Shown: in pieces, positions 25,084-37,826 of the stretch | How positions within the stretch are numbered: the stretch's first letter is position 1 | Layout of the letters: every line of letters starts with the position of its first letter | Origin: Ophelia neglecta | Lineage: Eukaryota | DNA length: 64,000 nt | Assembly: GCA_965285935.1 (NCBI GenBank) | Contig: OZ260667.1 | Coordinates: forward strand, 61,876,001-61,940,000 | Reading direction: 5' to 3' | Made by a program: the position numbers and the translations under genes | Notes under the pieces: model-generated | Database searches by the model: none | What the model was told of the DNA's origin: nothing | What the model saw: the letters and a program-made list of their open reading frames with translations, nothing else

Positions 25084-27919
25084 ATGATACCAATCAGAGT
25101 ATGCCTAGTGTGCCTCCTATCATTATTGGCTTCAGTGACTGTTCAGAATCCTTCTTCTGGTAAGAAATCTGCTTCGTGTATGCATATATACATGTAATAT
25201 GCACTAATGTCAGCCGGGCATTGAGTTATTAACTTATCATGACCGGGATTCAACATTTATTCGTTTTTCAAGCGCACGGACTTTCTTTATTGTATCCTTG
25301 GAATATTCTGTCTCAAATTGTTATCAATCTACATTTAAATTGGCAAATTTTATTGGGATATGGGCAATAGACGTAGGGCAAGGAATAATCAAAAGGTGTG
25401 GTCAGTTTCCATTCTGCGCCGCTCTTCGGCGGCCCTGGTTGAAAAAAAGGGTGAGCATGCAGCTTAGAAAGGCCGCGCCGTCCCATACGCGATTCTCTCG
25501 GCGTTTCGACCTGCTTACCGGCAAGCATATAAAATTATGCCAATGCCTTTCCCGTAGGTAAATATACGTGCTGTCCCGATTATACACGATTATATTGCGT
25601 GCGACGTATCAATTCAACGATACATGGCGGCAAAATTTTTTGCCGTTAGCTAATACAAGATGAACTCTCTCGGCGAAAATAGACCGTGTTATAAGTTTCA
25701 CATGTTCTTCAAAATGAAGCTCGGCTCTTACGACAGCACCGAACTAGGCCAGGTTAGGTCAATCCTGACTTTAAGCACACACCCGTATTCGGACCCGCGG
25801 CTTGACGGCTGCGTAAAACACGATAAACTAAACTCACATAAAAAAATGATTTTACCTTTGCCTCCTGAGAGAAGTGTTAAATAATTGTATTTTTTTCTCA
25901 AACTATTAGGGTCTATGTGTTTTCTCTGGAAGACCATGTGAAGTGTTTATGTGTAAATCATTTAACTTTAACCATATATCTGTTTCACTCTTTAACCATT
26001 TACATTTAGTACCAATGCTCGTTTGAACTTGATTGCTATTTGTTTTTCTTGACCATGACATTTTATAATCTCGCGGAATAAGGGAAACTTTCCTGCTGGC
26101 CATAATGTCCTGATTGAGAAATTTTACTACCTTATAGAGTGTATGACGCAAACCATAACTCATTAGGAATACATACGATTTTAGTGTAACCTCAGCCTGA
26201 ACTATCAGAAATAGAAATATATACACGAACTTTTTAGTATTCTTTGGCCTAAAGCATCGGGTTCTCAGTATTACCGGAAGCCAAGAAAAATTTCAGAGCA
26301 GCTAAATTTGCTTATAAAATTTCATAATATATTATCGACAGGAAATGCTTTCTCCGAATAAGTATATAGAGTAGTTTGCGATGGAAACTAGGGCCATGTA
26401 AGGCACTCGTATCCCGGACATTTACACGAACCACCAGGTTAAAGCAAAAATTCAGGGCTGCTTTTCTTCGGTGCAAGGAATGACCAATCACGAAGTTGCC
26501 TTTTATCCGGTGACTGTAGAATTGTAGCAGTTGCATATCCATATGCAAAAGTAGTTTGGCACTACTTTGTGGCGCGGATAGTTCACAAATTGCGGATTAG
26601 GCATGTTAGTTTCCTTGCTGCGCGCGCACATGCCTGTTATGGGTGAGTTGTGTTACGGTCATGTAAAAGTAGGAATAAACGAGAAACGAAATATATCACA
26701 TGAAACTACATACATGCTACTTAGCCTCAGTGTGCGTCTTAACCTCATTGTAGTTAATACGATAAATATACTACAAGTCGTGTATTTGCAGATGATGGCA
26801 TAGGAGAGTCTATGAAGGCCATGAAAAAAGCTTTCGAAGCCGGTGATGCTGCAGGGGTGTTGCAATGGTTCACTGAAGACGTTACTTTTGTTAACGAAGG
26901 TAGAATTATCAATGGACGAGAGAGTGAGTTATGCTTTATAAGAGGTTTTAAATCAAGTCCTAGATGAAGATGTCCTTTATCGGATGTCGCAATAGTTATA
27001 TCTTTTTTTCCAAAATCGTCCTTATATCATATGCATCATATTTAGTCATATACTAGGCGAGAATAGGTCGGTTAGATTAAGATTTAAACATGTTACATTT
27101 AAATGGCGTGAAGGAATTTGGCCAGAGTTTATTCCACTACAACATTATAAGTTATGTATGTCCTTGGTCGTTAAATTCACCCACTTAAACTGAAATGCAC
27201 ATTATTATAAAGGTTCAGATTGTGTAAGTAATAAAAATTTATATTCTATCGAAGACCTTGAAGATTTGTCCGCTGCCTTTGTGCAATTCTATGATAGAGA
27301 AGCGTGGAACAAAAATTCACGTACTGCATATGGTAACATATCCATTGAGGCCGGAAGGGGCTCTTTCCGTGTCAAAGGAACGGACAAATGGATTGCAACA
27401 GTGTAAGGGTACATTTTATTGATACATACTACTCATAGCAATGTTAAATAGTAGCTTATAGTTGGTTTAATTTGCCTTGCCGCCGAAAAACATGTGAACT
27501 AAATGAAGGGGTCACTGATATAAGGACACAGGGGCAAGGTGCAATATTGCCCCTTAATTATTAACCAAAGAGACAATTTGTCTAGAATACGTTGATATAG
27601 GTTACGGGTGATACTAGATATATTAATATGTCATAATATGTGTTATACCGAAGACGACATTTGTATAAAATATTTCAGCCCTACCCTTCGAAAGATTTGC
27701 GCTGACTTTTAGTTAGATGGCAATATCATTCTTAATACATGTGTTTGCTTTTGTCTTGGAGTGTGCTGTATCAAGTCATTAGAGAGATATCATATAGCTT
27801 ACTTTCAGCCGCAATTGTTCTGCTCTAATTAACGTCAATATCTTATTTTCAGATATGTGTCTGTCTATGTCAAGTGCGAAGATGGAAAGTGGAGAGTACG
27901 ATATGCCATGATGGATTAA
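25084..27919 (+). CDS. Secreted NTF2-fold (SnoaL-like/DUF4440-like) protein, about 140 aa, copy 2 (intact)
   Basis: Exons 25084-25159, 26792-26923, 27255-27402, 27853-27919 (phases 1,1,2; 423 nt). Signal MIPIRVCLVCLLSLLASVTV; KAFEAGDAAGVLQWFTEDVTFV..INGRE and YVSVYVKCEDGKWRVRY are typical NTF2/SnoaL N- and C-terminal motifs. Missed by the ORF track. Confidence 0.82.
25232..26670. mobile_element. Probable non-autonomous DNA transposon in intron 1 of the NTF2-like gene
   Basis: Intron is about 1.3 kb longer than in copy 1; imperfect terminal inverted repeat acttatcatgaccgggattcaac versus gttgtgttacggtcatgtaaaagt; no transposase ORF and no clear TSD. Confidence 0.45.
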
Positions 27920-28559
27920 ACCGAAACGAATGAAATGGTACATTTCAACTCTGAGAAATTGAAGTTGGATAAACTTGCCAAGCACTATCTATGAGCTTTT
28001 TTCCGATATTGACAGACTGGTCTTTTTCTCAAGTTTTAAGTAAATACGCATTTTAATGATTAATTGCTTCATTAATTCCGTTCGTTTAAACATTCAAATG
28101 TTCTATATAAACTGCCCTAAACAAAGGTAACACAAGCATTGTCTAATAATTATGAATGATAAATTATATTAAAAATAAGGAAAATTCATGTTGTCTTATT
28201 TAGGCAAATATTTAAACTTAAGTAGCTTCAAAAAATTGGATGTATTTCATATTTGAGAATAGAGGTAGTTTTCGTTAATTAAACCATTTCCTCATCCGCC
28301 AATATTTTGTTTTATTCTTTACTTATTTCATGGGTTAGTTAATCTTCTTGTTAATTTTTAGATTACTGGTAACCATTACATTTTCACGAGAAGGAGTATT
28401 TCGCTAACCATATTTTAAAATATGTATTTGACGCTTTGGAAGATTTTCTTTACAAGTAAAGCTACTTTGATCGGAACGAAAGGAACCATAGCAAAACCGT
28501 ACAGGTTTCCAGTTCAAGTTCCGACATTGGTCTACAGTAATTGATGTCTTGGTTTACAG

Positions 28560-28680
28560 TACAGTGAAACCTGTAAATTAAGACCAACAGAGGGACTGGA
28601 AACCTCACCGTCGGTGATCTAATATTCGATGGATATGCTTAATATAATTTGATTAAGCAGGTCATGCAATATTTACAGTT
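28560..28680 (+). mobile_element. Possible Tc1/mariner(pogo)-type MITE end remnant
   Basis: TA-CAGTGAAACCTGT..aagacc resembles common invertebrate pogo-like TIRs; matching other end not clearly found. Confidence 0.3.
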
Positions 28681-29209
28681 GTTCAGTATTTAGAACAAAA
28701 ACAAAGATTAGTCGCTAAGAAATATATTAATACAACCTAGTTTACAACTATATACCAACTGAATTACCTTTAATACTAATTATTCACTTCTGGTGGGCAT
28801 TGGATAAATTTCGAAAACTTATAAGGATCACGCCTAAATATATATTTGGATACTCTTTATATTAAGTCAGCAATAGGATTTCTTAATTAGAAAAAAAGTC
28901 ATCGAAAAACAAATCTTGGTTTTCAGTTATAGTGACATAGCAATGATTTAGGTCCAAGTATTAATAATAGTTAGTTGTAAGTAACACTAAATGGTGGAAG
29001 ATTAAAAAAAATCAAATGGTTGAAGTTAAATGATCTTACACATAAACTGTGAGAGCAATTCTTTGTTCAGTCTTGATTTTTTAAGTATTGGCTTTTTCAT
29101 CTTATCTGGCCTTTTTCATCTTATCTGGCAATATTCCTTTCTCCAAAGACAAGTTATGATTCCGGTTATGGCTTGAAGGAGCTCATCAAGTGAAATAGTG
29201 GAGACCAGG

Positions 29210-29365
29210 ACAAAACTGCTATAAACCCAAATATAGTAACTACTGTAAACCAGAACATTTTATCATCTGTAAACCAGTGCATTAAGTGCTGTTAACCATA
29301 ACATCACTACTATAAACCAAGAATATAACAACTCTATACCATGAATACAAAAACTGTATGCCACT
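29210..29365 (+). repeat. Degenerate 20-25 bp tandem repeat
   Basis: Recurring aactactgtaaaccaga / actgctataaaccca units. Confidence 0.6.
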
Positions 29366-29832
29366 GTCGCGAACTGAAACTTCCCTGTAGGATATTATCC
29401 TATAGTTCCTTCCTTTCCCATCAAACAAACGCTTCTCAGTGTCAAAGTTTTATTTCCAACATTTATCGTAAAATATGGTTGGGAAACTGCTCTTGCTCTT
29501 CAGTTCTCTAAACATTAACAATAAGAATAATTGCAATACGAAATAATTAGTGAATAGAAGAAATACTGAGTAAATTTGAACTACATTATTTGACATGTGT
29601 CAAATAAAAAAAAGATATAAGGCAGACAAAAAAAAAGTTAAATCAAATGCTTTTAGAGGGCTATATGAAATTTACCTTTAGGACCTATGTACATTTTCCT
29701 TTATAAATATTACACGAGGATTACATTAATTTTTCGTTAAATGGTTTCAATTAGTGTCATTTAAACCCTTAAGTCATTTAAGTGGCTAGCATGCGATAAT
29801 TCAAATATTGGGATTATATATTATCATTTGGA

Positions 29833-30439
29833 TTAAATCGCACTGTTATATCGTATTCTCCACTTACCATCTTCGCATAAGACGTACGTATAAAGATACC
29901 TGAAATTGTATTTTTGTAGAGCCAAACAATACCAGCTAAAAAAAACACTTTAATATAAATTGGCCTTTGCTGCTCGACAGGTGTGTGCGCCGGGTAATTA
30001 CCGTCAACACACTGTTATGATAGTTCAAATTGCGGGCCAAAGAGATCGGATTAGTGTGAAACATCACAGTATGAGTTCAAGAAATTTATAAAGATTTATG
30101 GATTCTTAATTAGTAAGCATTTTCTCAATTGCCTATGAAATCGGCGCATTGGGAAATATTTCCGTAGTTGCCCATCATAAAGTCAACTATTTAACAGTTG
30201 TATAAGTAGTACATAGTTAGGAGGTTCTCTCTTATTGGTATTGCTAAGAGCACGATACGGGCCGTAAGTATCAATCAAATGATAATCTTACGGCGCAGAA
30301 TTCCAAGAGCCTGTTCCTCTGATACGAAAAACGCCGTTTTCGGTTTCACTGGACTTCTCGTCATTCATAATACGAGTAGTGTCATTCCACATCATCCTAT
30401 CATAGGTTTGCAGAAAGACAGCGAATCCCGCTTCTATTT
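29833..30439 (-). pseudogene. NTF2/SnoaL-like copy 3: exons 3-4 only, minus strand
   Basis: Exon 30439-30292 (148 nt, IEAGFAVFLQTYDRMMWN..GVFRIRGTGSW) and exon 29899-29833 (67 nt, YLYTYVLCEDGKWRIRYNSAI*); same lengths and phases as copy 2, GT-AG intact; exons 1-2 not found beyond the gypsy insertion. Confidence 0.8.
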
Positions 30440-30487
30440 CTACAATTGAATGTTGGTATGCATTATATGTACAATCAAGGTCAAATG

Positions 30488-30654
30488 TGTTCTGATGTAC
30501 CAATAGTGAGTATTATTGTAAAATAAACACGCCGACTTACAAAGGCAACGGCCATACTATTTATTCAGGTCACACACAATCAGAACCTACTTATGGCAGC
30601 GGTAATATGTTAAGTGTTAATGTCGCAAAAGGAAGTAGTGAGGACATCACCACA
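30488..30654 (-). repeat. 3' LTR
   Basis: 167 bp; 7 substitutions versus 34948-35114 by manual comparison. Confidence 0.95.
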
Positions 30655-30881
30655 TCTGTACTTTTTTTCTTAAACCAAAACAGTTCAGTCTCTTTAAAGC
30701 ATAACAATGTCCAATCAGTTGACCGATACTTAATATGAGAAGATTTATAAATTGCAATCTTACTAATTATAACGAAATCTCCTTGAGAGGAGAGGTCCCA
30801 GTACTTCACACTCAGTGACTAGCCTTTACCGCTAGCTCCCTAACACATATTACTATTACTATTAAACAAATTTTATTATAA

Positions 30882-33800
30882 CTACACAACGTAATCCTGG
30901 TACTTGATTGGCATCTTCCTGTCGCGAGATGATCTTGTAATTTGAACCGGTGACATTTTCTCAGTTTTGTCACCGGAACCCGTCACATTACCGGTATCCT
31001 CCTCTTGAGAAACATCAGGTGCTTGAAACTCTGCCTGTTGATGTGGGAGTGGCCGAGATGCGAACTGAGGGGCCCTGGTTGACTTGGCAAGAGGAGGTGT
31101 GCCTGGCAGAAGACGCTTGAAAAATGACGCATTTCTGGTAATAGTAAAGTCTTCATTCCCTGCAGTTATCATAGAGCCTTTCTTAGTCTGTATTTCTAAA
31201 TGTTCTGGATTATATGGCAAACTCGCTGTGTTTTGTTTTGGCTGTTTACGAGCACTTTATCACCCTCGCAGAGGTAGAATGGTTTAGCGCTTCTGGCCGT
31301 ATCAGCATAATTTTTCATCTTCTCCTTGTTTTCCTGATCTGATTTGAAAATGTCTATTTTCTGTCTCTGAGGGATTGATATTTCATGAAGCTGAGTTTTC
31401 ACTTTTCTCCCATTTAATGCCTCTGCTGGTGAAATGTGCGTACTACAATGTGGCGTTGCTCTGTACTGAAGAAGGGACTTGTAAAGCTCTTGTTTCCAAC
31501 TTTTACCTGTAGCAGCTGCGATACGTAATGTTTTTGCAATATTTCTCATGAACTGTTCAGCCTCACCATTCGCCTGAGGCCATAATGGAGTAACTTTCCG
31601 GTGTGAAAAACCCAAATAATCTGTAAACTGACTAAATTCTCTGCCATTGAACGGGGGACCATTATCCGTTTTTACTATGAATGGTATTCCCTGTCTGGCA
31701 AATATAGCATCCAACTTCGGAATTGCCGCTTTGGCCGACGTAGTGGTAACAACCTCCACCTCCGGAAACCTGCTAAAGTCATCAATCACAACAAGCAAAT
31801 ATTCCCCTGAAGGCAGTGGCCCTTTAAAATCCACAGACACCTCCCTCCATGGGCCTTCTGGTAAAGGGGTGGGTTTTATTGGCTCAGGCGGCTGTCTGAC
31901 ATAAGTTGCCACCTGACATAGACTGAACTGTTTCACAAGTGTCTCTACACGTCTATCGATTCCAGGGAACCAAACTTTTTCTCTCAGGAGAGCTTTTGTC
32001 TTTGCTATTCCCTGGTGACCAATATAAGCAAGATCTATAGCTTCCTGTTGAAGTGACGTGGGCATAATCAGCCGATTTCCTCTCAAAACTACTCCTCTGT
32101 ACATAGCTAGCTCATCTCTTACAAACTTGTAAGGCCTCAACTCTTCATCTTCATCACTCCACTGTCCTGTCTCTACATATTTGACCAACTTCGTCATATA
32201 ACTGTCATGCTCAGTTTCTGCCTGGATCCTGGATAAAGTCATTGCCTTCGGAACAGCATTTTCACAAACGTATCTGATATATTCTTCTGCTTTGTCACAA
32301 ATTTCTTTGTTTTCTGGGTGTCTGCTCAAAAAATCAGCAGGATTTGCTGCACCTCTTCCTGGTCTATAAATCAGTTTGTATTCATAAGGCATGAGTCTTA
32401 ACCTCCATCGCTCTATCCTTGCTGACATTGGCTTCTGGCTATTGAAAATGCTTAACAGTGGTTTGTGGTCAGTGTTTATCTCAAAAAGTGCTCCATACAG
32501 GTATAAATGGAAATGTTCCACTCCCCATACCACAGCCAGCATCTCTTTTTCTACTTGAGAGTACCGACTCTCAACATCAGATATTGCTCTGCTAGCATAA
32601 CTGACAACCTTGTCACCCTGTCTCAAAAATTGCCCCAAGTCCGTTTGGTCCAGCATCCACAAACAACTTGCTATATTTCTTTTGATCAAAATAGTCAACT
32701 ACATTTGCGCCAACTAGGTGTTCTTTCAAACAGCTGAACGCCTCCTCCTGCTGTGTTTCCCATTCCCACGGATGATCTTGGTGTGTGAGACATCTTAGCG
32801 GAGCTGTAATATCTGCGTAGCCCGGAATGAACATGCTAAAATGTTGAGCCATGCCAAGCAGAGACCTCACCTCACTGGCATCTTTTGGGCTCTGGAACTG
32901 GACAATAGCATTCACCTTTTTCGGATCTGGCCCAATCCCATTTTCATTCCATATGTAACCATAGAATGACACTTCTCGCTGGGCAAACTTGCACTTTTCC
33001 CTATTTAGCTTTGCATTGTTCTGCCTGAGCCTCTCAAGAACTCCGCGCAGATTGGCATCATGATCATGATCATCTTAACCATATACAATAATGTCATCTG
33101 AAATGTGTTTGCATCCAGGCAGCCCACTGAGCAGTTGTGCTATCAAATCTTGGAAGTTTTCAGGTGCAGCGCTGATTCCAAACATTAACCTATTATAACG
33201 TCGAAGTCCCACATGAGTACCGAATGTAGTAATATACCTGCTTTCTGGTGCCAGTTCCACCTGGTGGTATCCTGCAGACATGTCCAACACACTAAATACT
33301 TTTGCCCCATTTAAATCAGACACCAGTTCCGCGATGGTGGGCATTATATGTTTTTCTCTTTGAACGGCTTTATTTGCTTCCCGCATATCGACACAAATGC
33401 GAACTTTTTTTCGGGAAAACTACTATTGGACTCACCCAAGGGGTAGGGCCTTCCACTTTTTCTATTATTCCCTGATCTTCCAAACGTAAAAGTTCATTTT
33501 GTACATCTTTTCGAATATGAAATGGAATTCTCCTGTGCTTTTGCCTCTTTGGCATAAATTGTTCATCAATATGAAGTTTAAGGCTGATATCTTTCAAGTT
33601 TCCAACCCCATCAAATACATCCGTAAACTCATCTGCTATATTTTCTGAAGCTACTCGATACACTCCAGGCATCTTGATTTCTAAGATTCCCAGTTTTAAT
33701 GCTGTCTTTCTACCAAGCAGAGCCTCTCCATCACCATCGATAACCACTACCTCAGCCTCGGTTTTCCGGTCAGAGACCTCACATGTGGAAGTAAATGTTC

Positions 33801-34898
33801 CAAGGAAGGTAAAGGTATCTTGGATCCATATTAATACAACTTTTTCTTAGCAGTTGTTGTCTTACATTTAACTTGCTTCATCTTTAACTGTTCCCACAAA
33901 TTCTTGTCAATTATATTTGTGCTTGAACCGGAATCGACAAGCATTTTCGCACTCACTCCTCCAAGAACCAAATTGATGTAGTCAGCAGTACTAGCATTAA
34001 TACAAAAAGTGCACTCTTTATCCTCGTTCAGGTTATCTGGTTTCATAGTACATTCGTGACGCCCTTCCTGAGCAAAATTCACCTGCAGCTTATCCGGTTG
34101 TTTACATCGTACAGCGAAATGTCCAACAGCCTGGCATTTTGCACACTTCCGGTCTATAGCTGGGCAACTCGGGTCATTTGCTTTATGGCCATCTCTTCCA
34201 CAGCGGAAACAAGTAATTTTCCATCTTTCTGGCCCCTGAGGACGTTTAAAACATTGCTCCGGTCTGCGCCCTTGCCCAATTTTATTCACAGCTTCTTCTT
34301 CAATTTTGTTTACTGCTACTGGCTTATCCGAGCTAATAGCCATATTGTCCATCTGATACTGTACAGCCTCAGTTGATCTACCTATTTTCTGTACTACTTC
34401 CAAAACTAAATCTGCCCCTTTTTCAAGGTATTTTCTCCTTAAAGTATTGGAATGGCAAGCATGTACAACCTGATCCCTGACTTGATCATCTTTATCTGTA
34501 TAACCACAGTTCTTAACTTTCTCTTGCAGTCGTGCTACAAACTGATCAATAGTTTCATTTTCCCCTTGTCTAGTGCATCGAAACACGTGCCTCTCGTACG
34601 TTGTGTTCAGCTGGGGCTTAAAATAGCCATCCAACAAATTACTACCACGGGCATACACAGATACTTCACCGGCTGCCGGAGGCGCCTCTTCGTCTAAAAT
34701 ATCATAAATGTCTTGTACTTGCTCACCTGCAAGGCATAAAAGAAGGTCCACTTTTTGTTGCGGGTCGGTAACACCTTTTCCTCCGACATATCTACGAAAT
34801 CCTCTCATCCATTTCACCCACCTGGGCCCTACACTAGTGGGCTCACTAGAAATGTCAAACTGACCTATATTTATCCCGATATCTATGTTCATCGCCAT
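30882..34898 (-). pseudogene. gag-pol polyprotein (two CCHC knuckles, aspartic protease, RT, RNase H, integrase) broken by stops and frameshifts
   Basis: CFRCGRDGH..C and CAKCQAVGHFAVRC; LVDSGS; PWVSPIV, LDMSAGYHQV, ISDDII; YSQVEKEMLAVVWG, TDHKPL; SVDFKGP, TDNGPPF, QANGEAE; stops at 33831 and 33075, frameshifts near 33400, 32690 and 31250. Confidence 0.93.
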
Positions 34899-34933
34899 CT
34901 TTTCAGGCTCTACAATCTTTTCCGATTTGAATT

Positions 34934-34946
34934 ATCCTCGTCGCCA
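34934..34946 (-). other. Primer binding site, tRNA-Ser(GCU)-type
   Basis: TGGCGACGAGGAT directly after the 5' LTR; complementary to the ..ATCCTCGTCG-CCA 3' end recalled for metazoan tRNA-Ser(GCU). Confidence 0.75.
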
Positions 34947-34947
34947 A

Positions 34948-35114
34948 TGTTCTGATGTACCAATGGTCAGTATTAATGTAAAACAAACACGCCGACTTAC
35001 AAAGGCAACGGCCATACTATTTATTCAGGTCACACACAATCAGAACCCACTTATGGCAGCGGTAATATGTTAAGTGTTAATGTCGCAAAAGGAAGGAGTG
35101 AGGACATCACTACA
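34948..35114 (-). repeat. 5' LTR
   Basis: 167 bp, TG..CA, adjacent to the PBS. Confidence 0.95.
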
Positions 35115-36129
35115 AAATGCACTTTATGTACACCCCTGGATGTCCCTGTACTGGATCTGTTTTCATCCTTAGGCAGACTTGCTATAGCCTTTTGTGTAAT
35201 AAACTGTTTCAAGTTAACTTTGTCTTGTGCTGACTAGTCTGTAGTAAATAATCAATTAATGGCTGTTGCACAGTATAAAGAATCTTTAAAAGAATACCTT
35301 GCAAGGCTCCAAAACATTTGTATTATATGTGATAAGGTATTTTGCTTCACTATATCAGGACTGAGAAGTAATTGGGGAGGGAAGTGTTGCGCGTTATAAA
35401 TAAAACATATCTATCTTGTCTGGTGTATATACAGAAACAACCTACAAGGGTGTATAGTAAATTCTCTTAGACCTGTGTCAGCCTAGGCCTTCTCTAATAG
35501 TCAGCGTTGTTACTCTGAGCTAATGAAACTTAAACCAAATCTGGTGAGATCAGTTATCAAAATTTAAGAAGTTGTGTGTAATGAAGCCAGGTGTCAAATT
35601 ATTGCGTTTTATTTCGAAAGTTAATATATATATATATATATATCTTATAGTTATATTATATTATATCTTAAAGTTCTGTTATAAATCAGGTATTGCTTAT
35701 GGCCCTACTAAACACGGTGGGTGTGGTCAGGGCTTTACCTCACTATAGACATCCATAGCCACTAAAGGACTCGATAGACAATCCTATAGTCTTATGTCTA
35801 GATGATTAAATCTGGTAGGATCTGACTGTTGTTCAGCCGTTAGGCCGTGGACCATGTAGCCTTCAGCAGTGTGGCATCTTTATCTGTCTCTCCCTCGACA
35901 AGAATAGAGCTTCATTATGAATAGGAAAATTGTCTTTATGTTACATGTTTCTTCTTGCCACTGACCACATAAAAAGAGAAAATATATCAGTAGGAGGGCA
36001 GGTCAATTTTAACCAGTTTAAACTTTCTTAGTGATTGTCCATAAATATTTGATCAATATACATATATAGCTGATATAAGTAGACCGCAAATAAATAAAAT
36101 GCCGGACCTATGCCAATTTTCTGCCAAAG

Positions 36130-37826
36130 AGACTGATGTTATCGACCTTATTACTTATTAATAGATAGCAAAACAATATTCATAGACTGATTTAGAAAGA
36201 CAAAGACAATCCACTTTCAACAAGCAACATAATTGTAGCTGTTACCACCCACCGCACATAAACAACTCCACGCTATCTACACAAAATTCCCACTTTATCT
36301 TTTTTTTAACAATGGCATCGGGACAAGAGCGATTATAACAACCGATGTTTTTTCTTTTGTTCTACGAGCGTTACTTTAAAAATCTTATATTGGCGCTAAT
36401 TAAATTGCCAAGTTTTATAGACTATGCTCTGATTAACTGCCGATATACTACTAAAAGAAGAGAGTGGAGGATCGAAAAGCACCATGAGCATGGACTTCTT
36501 CAATCGCCAGCCAACAGTGGTGTTGGCATTTAGGATGCATTCAGCGCAAATCTATCGGAATAGATGCTGCAAATTTAGTTTGTGGGCGTAACCATTTACG
36601 GCATTTTACGGGAGTACCGTCCCTGAGGGTAATTTTTGAACGTTGAGGTCGCGATCCCGCTGTATCAACAGCAACAACCAGATCCAATCGTACAAACATC
36701 AATATCCAACTCAAGGGGTCAATAAACAAAAAATGAAATAAATTGTAAAGAGTAAAATTACTAACAATTGAAAAAAGAAGTATTCAACAGTTTACCAAGA
36801 CGCTAAACATGTCTTGACTTGCTAATGTGGGATTCTGGAAGCTGGATTTGGTCTCAAACTTAGCCTTTATAGTCTAAAACCTACCGTTGTCATTGAAAAA
36901 CACCAATTAACTGGTACCAGTTAATCGGTAAAAGGCCAATTTAATCCCGTAACTAAAGAAAGCTTCTAGAAGCCGGGTGCGGGTGTCCAAGACCCTACTC
37001 AGTTTATGTCGAAACGTAAACTGCACAACACTCAAACGGGCAACGGTTGAATGGGCGAGTTCGCAAAGATTATAAGCAACTTAAATATTTTATCAATATA
37101 AAATAAACAAAGCGGATTTCTGGCGGACAAAAAAAAACATTATTCAAGACTGATGTTATCGACCTTATTACTTATCAATAGATAGCAAAACAATATTAAT
37201 CGACTGATTTAGAAAGACAAAGACAATCCACTTTCAACAAGCAACATAATTGTAGCTGCTACCACCCACCGCACATAAACAACTCCACGCCATCTACACA
37301 AAATTCCCACTTTATCTTTTTTATTTGAACAATGGCATCGGGACAAGAGCGATTATAACAACCGATTACTTTGTTTTTTCTTTTGTTCTACGAACGTTAC
37401 ATTCACAATCTTATATTGGCGCAAATTAAACTGCCGCGTATTGTAGACTATGCTCTGATCAACTGCCGATATACTACTAAAAGGAAAGAGTGGAGGATCG
37501 AAAAGCACCATGAGCATGGACTTCTTCAAGCGCCAGCCTACAATGGTGTTGGCTGTTAGGATGCATTCAGCGGAAATCTACCGGAATAGATGCTGAGAAT
37601 TTCGTTTGTGGACGTAACCATTTACGGCATTTTACCCTAAGTACCGTTCCTGGGGGTGCTTGTTAAAGGTTGAGGGTGCGATCCCGATCCGCTATATCAA
37701 CAGCAACCATCTAATCCAAAGGTACAATATCCATATCCGACTCCAGGGGTTAATAGACAAGTAATGAAATAAAGTTTAAAAAGTAAAATTACTAACAATT
37801 GTGAAAAGAAGTAGTCTACAGTTTAC
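36130..37826 (+). repeat. Direct duplication of about 670 bp (36130-36795 and 37147-37826)
   Basis: gactgatgttatcgaccttattac..caccatgagcatggacttcttcaa..aaaattactaacaattg appears twice, offset 1017 nt. Confidence 0.9.

Larger units (their letters stand above)
30488..35114 (-). mobile_element. Full-length Ty3/gypsy LTR retrotransposon, Mag-like, decayed
   Basis: 167-bp TG..CA LTRs at both ends, 5-bp TSD AAATG (30483-30487 and 35115-35119), PBS, purine-rich tract next to the 3' LTR, domain order gag-PR-RT-RH-IN. Confidence 0.96.

Noticed and set aside
31647-35073. Plus-strand ORFs inside the gypsy element and minus-strand ORFs over exon-1 copies
   Set aside because: Antisense shadows of real or decayed coding sequence.
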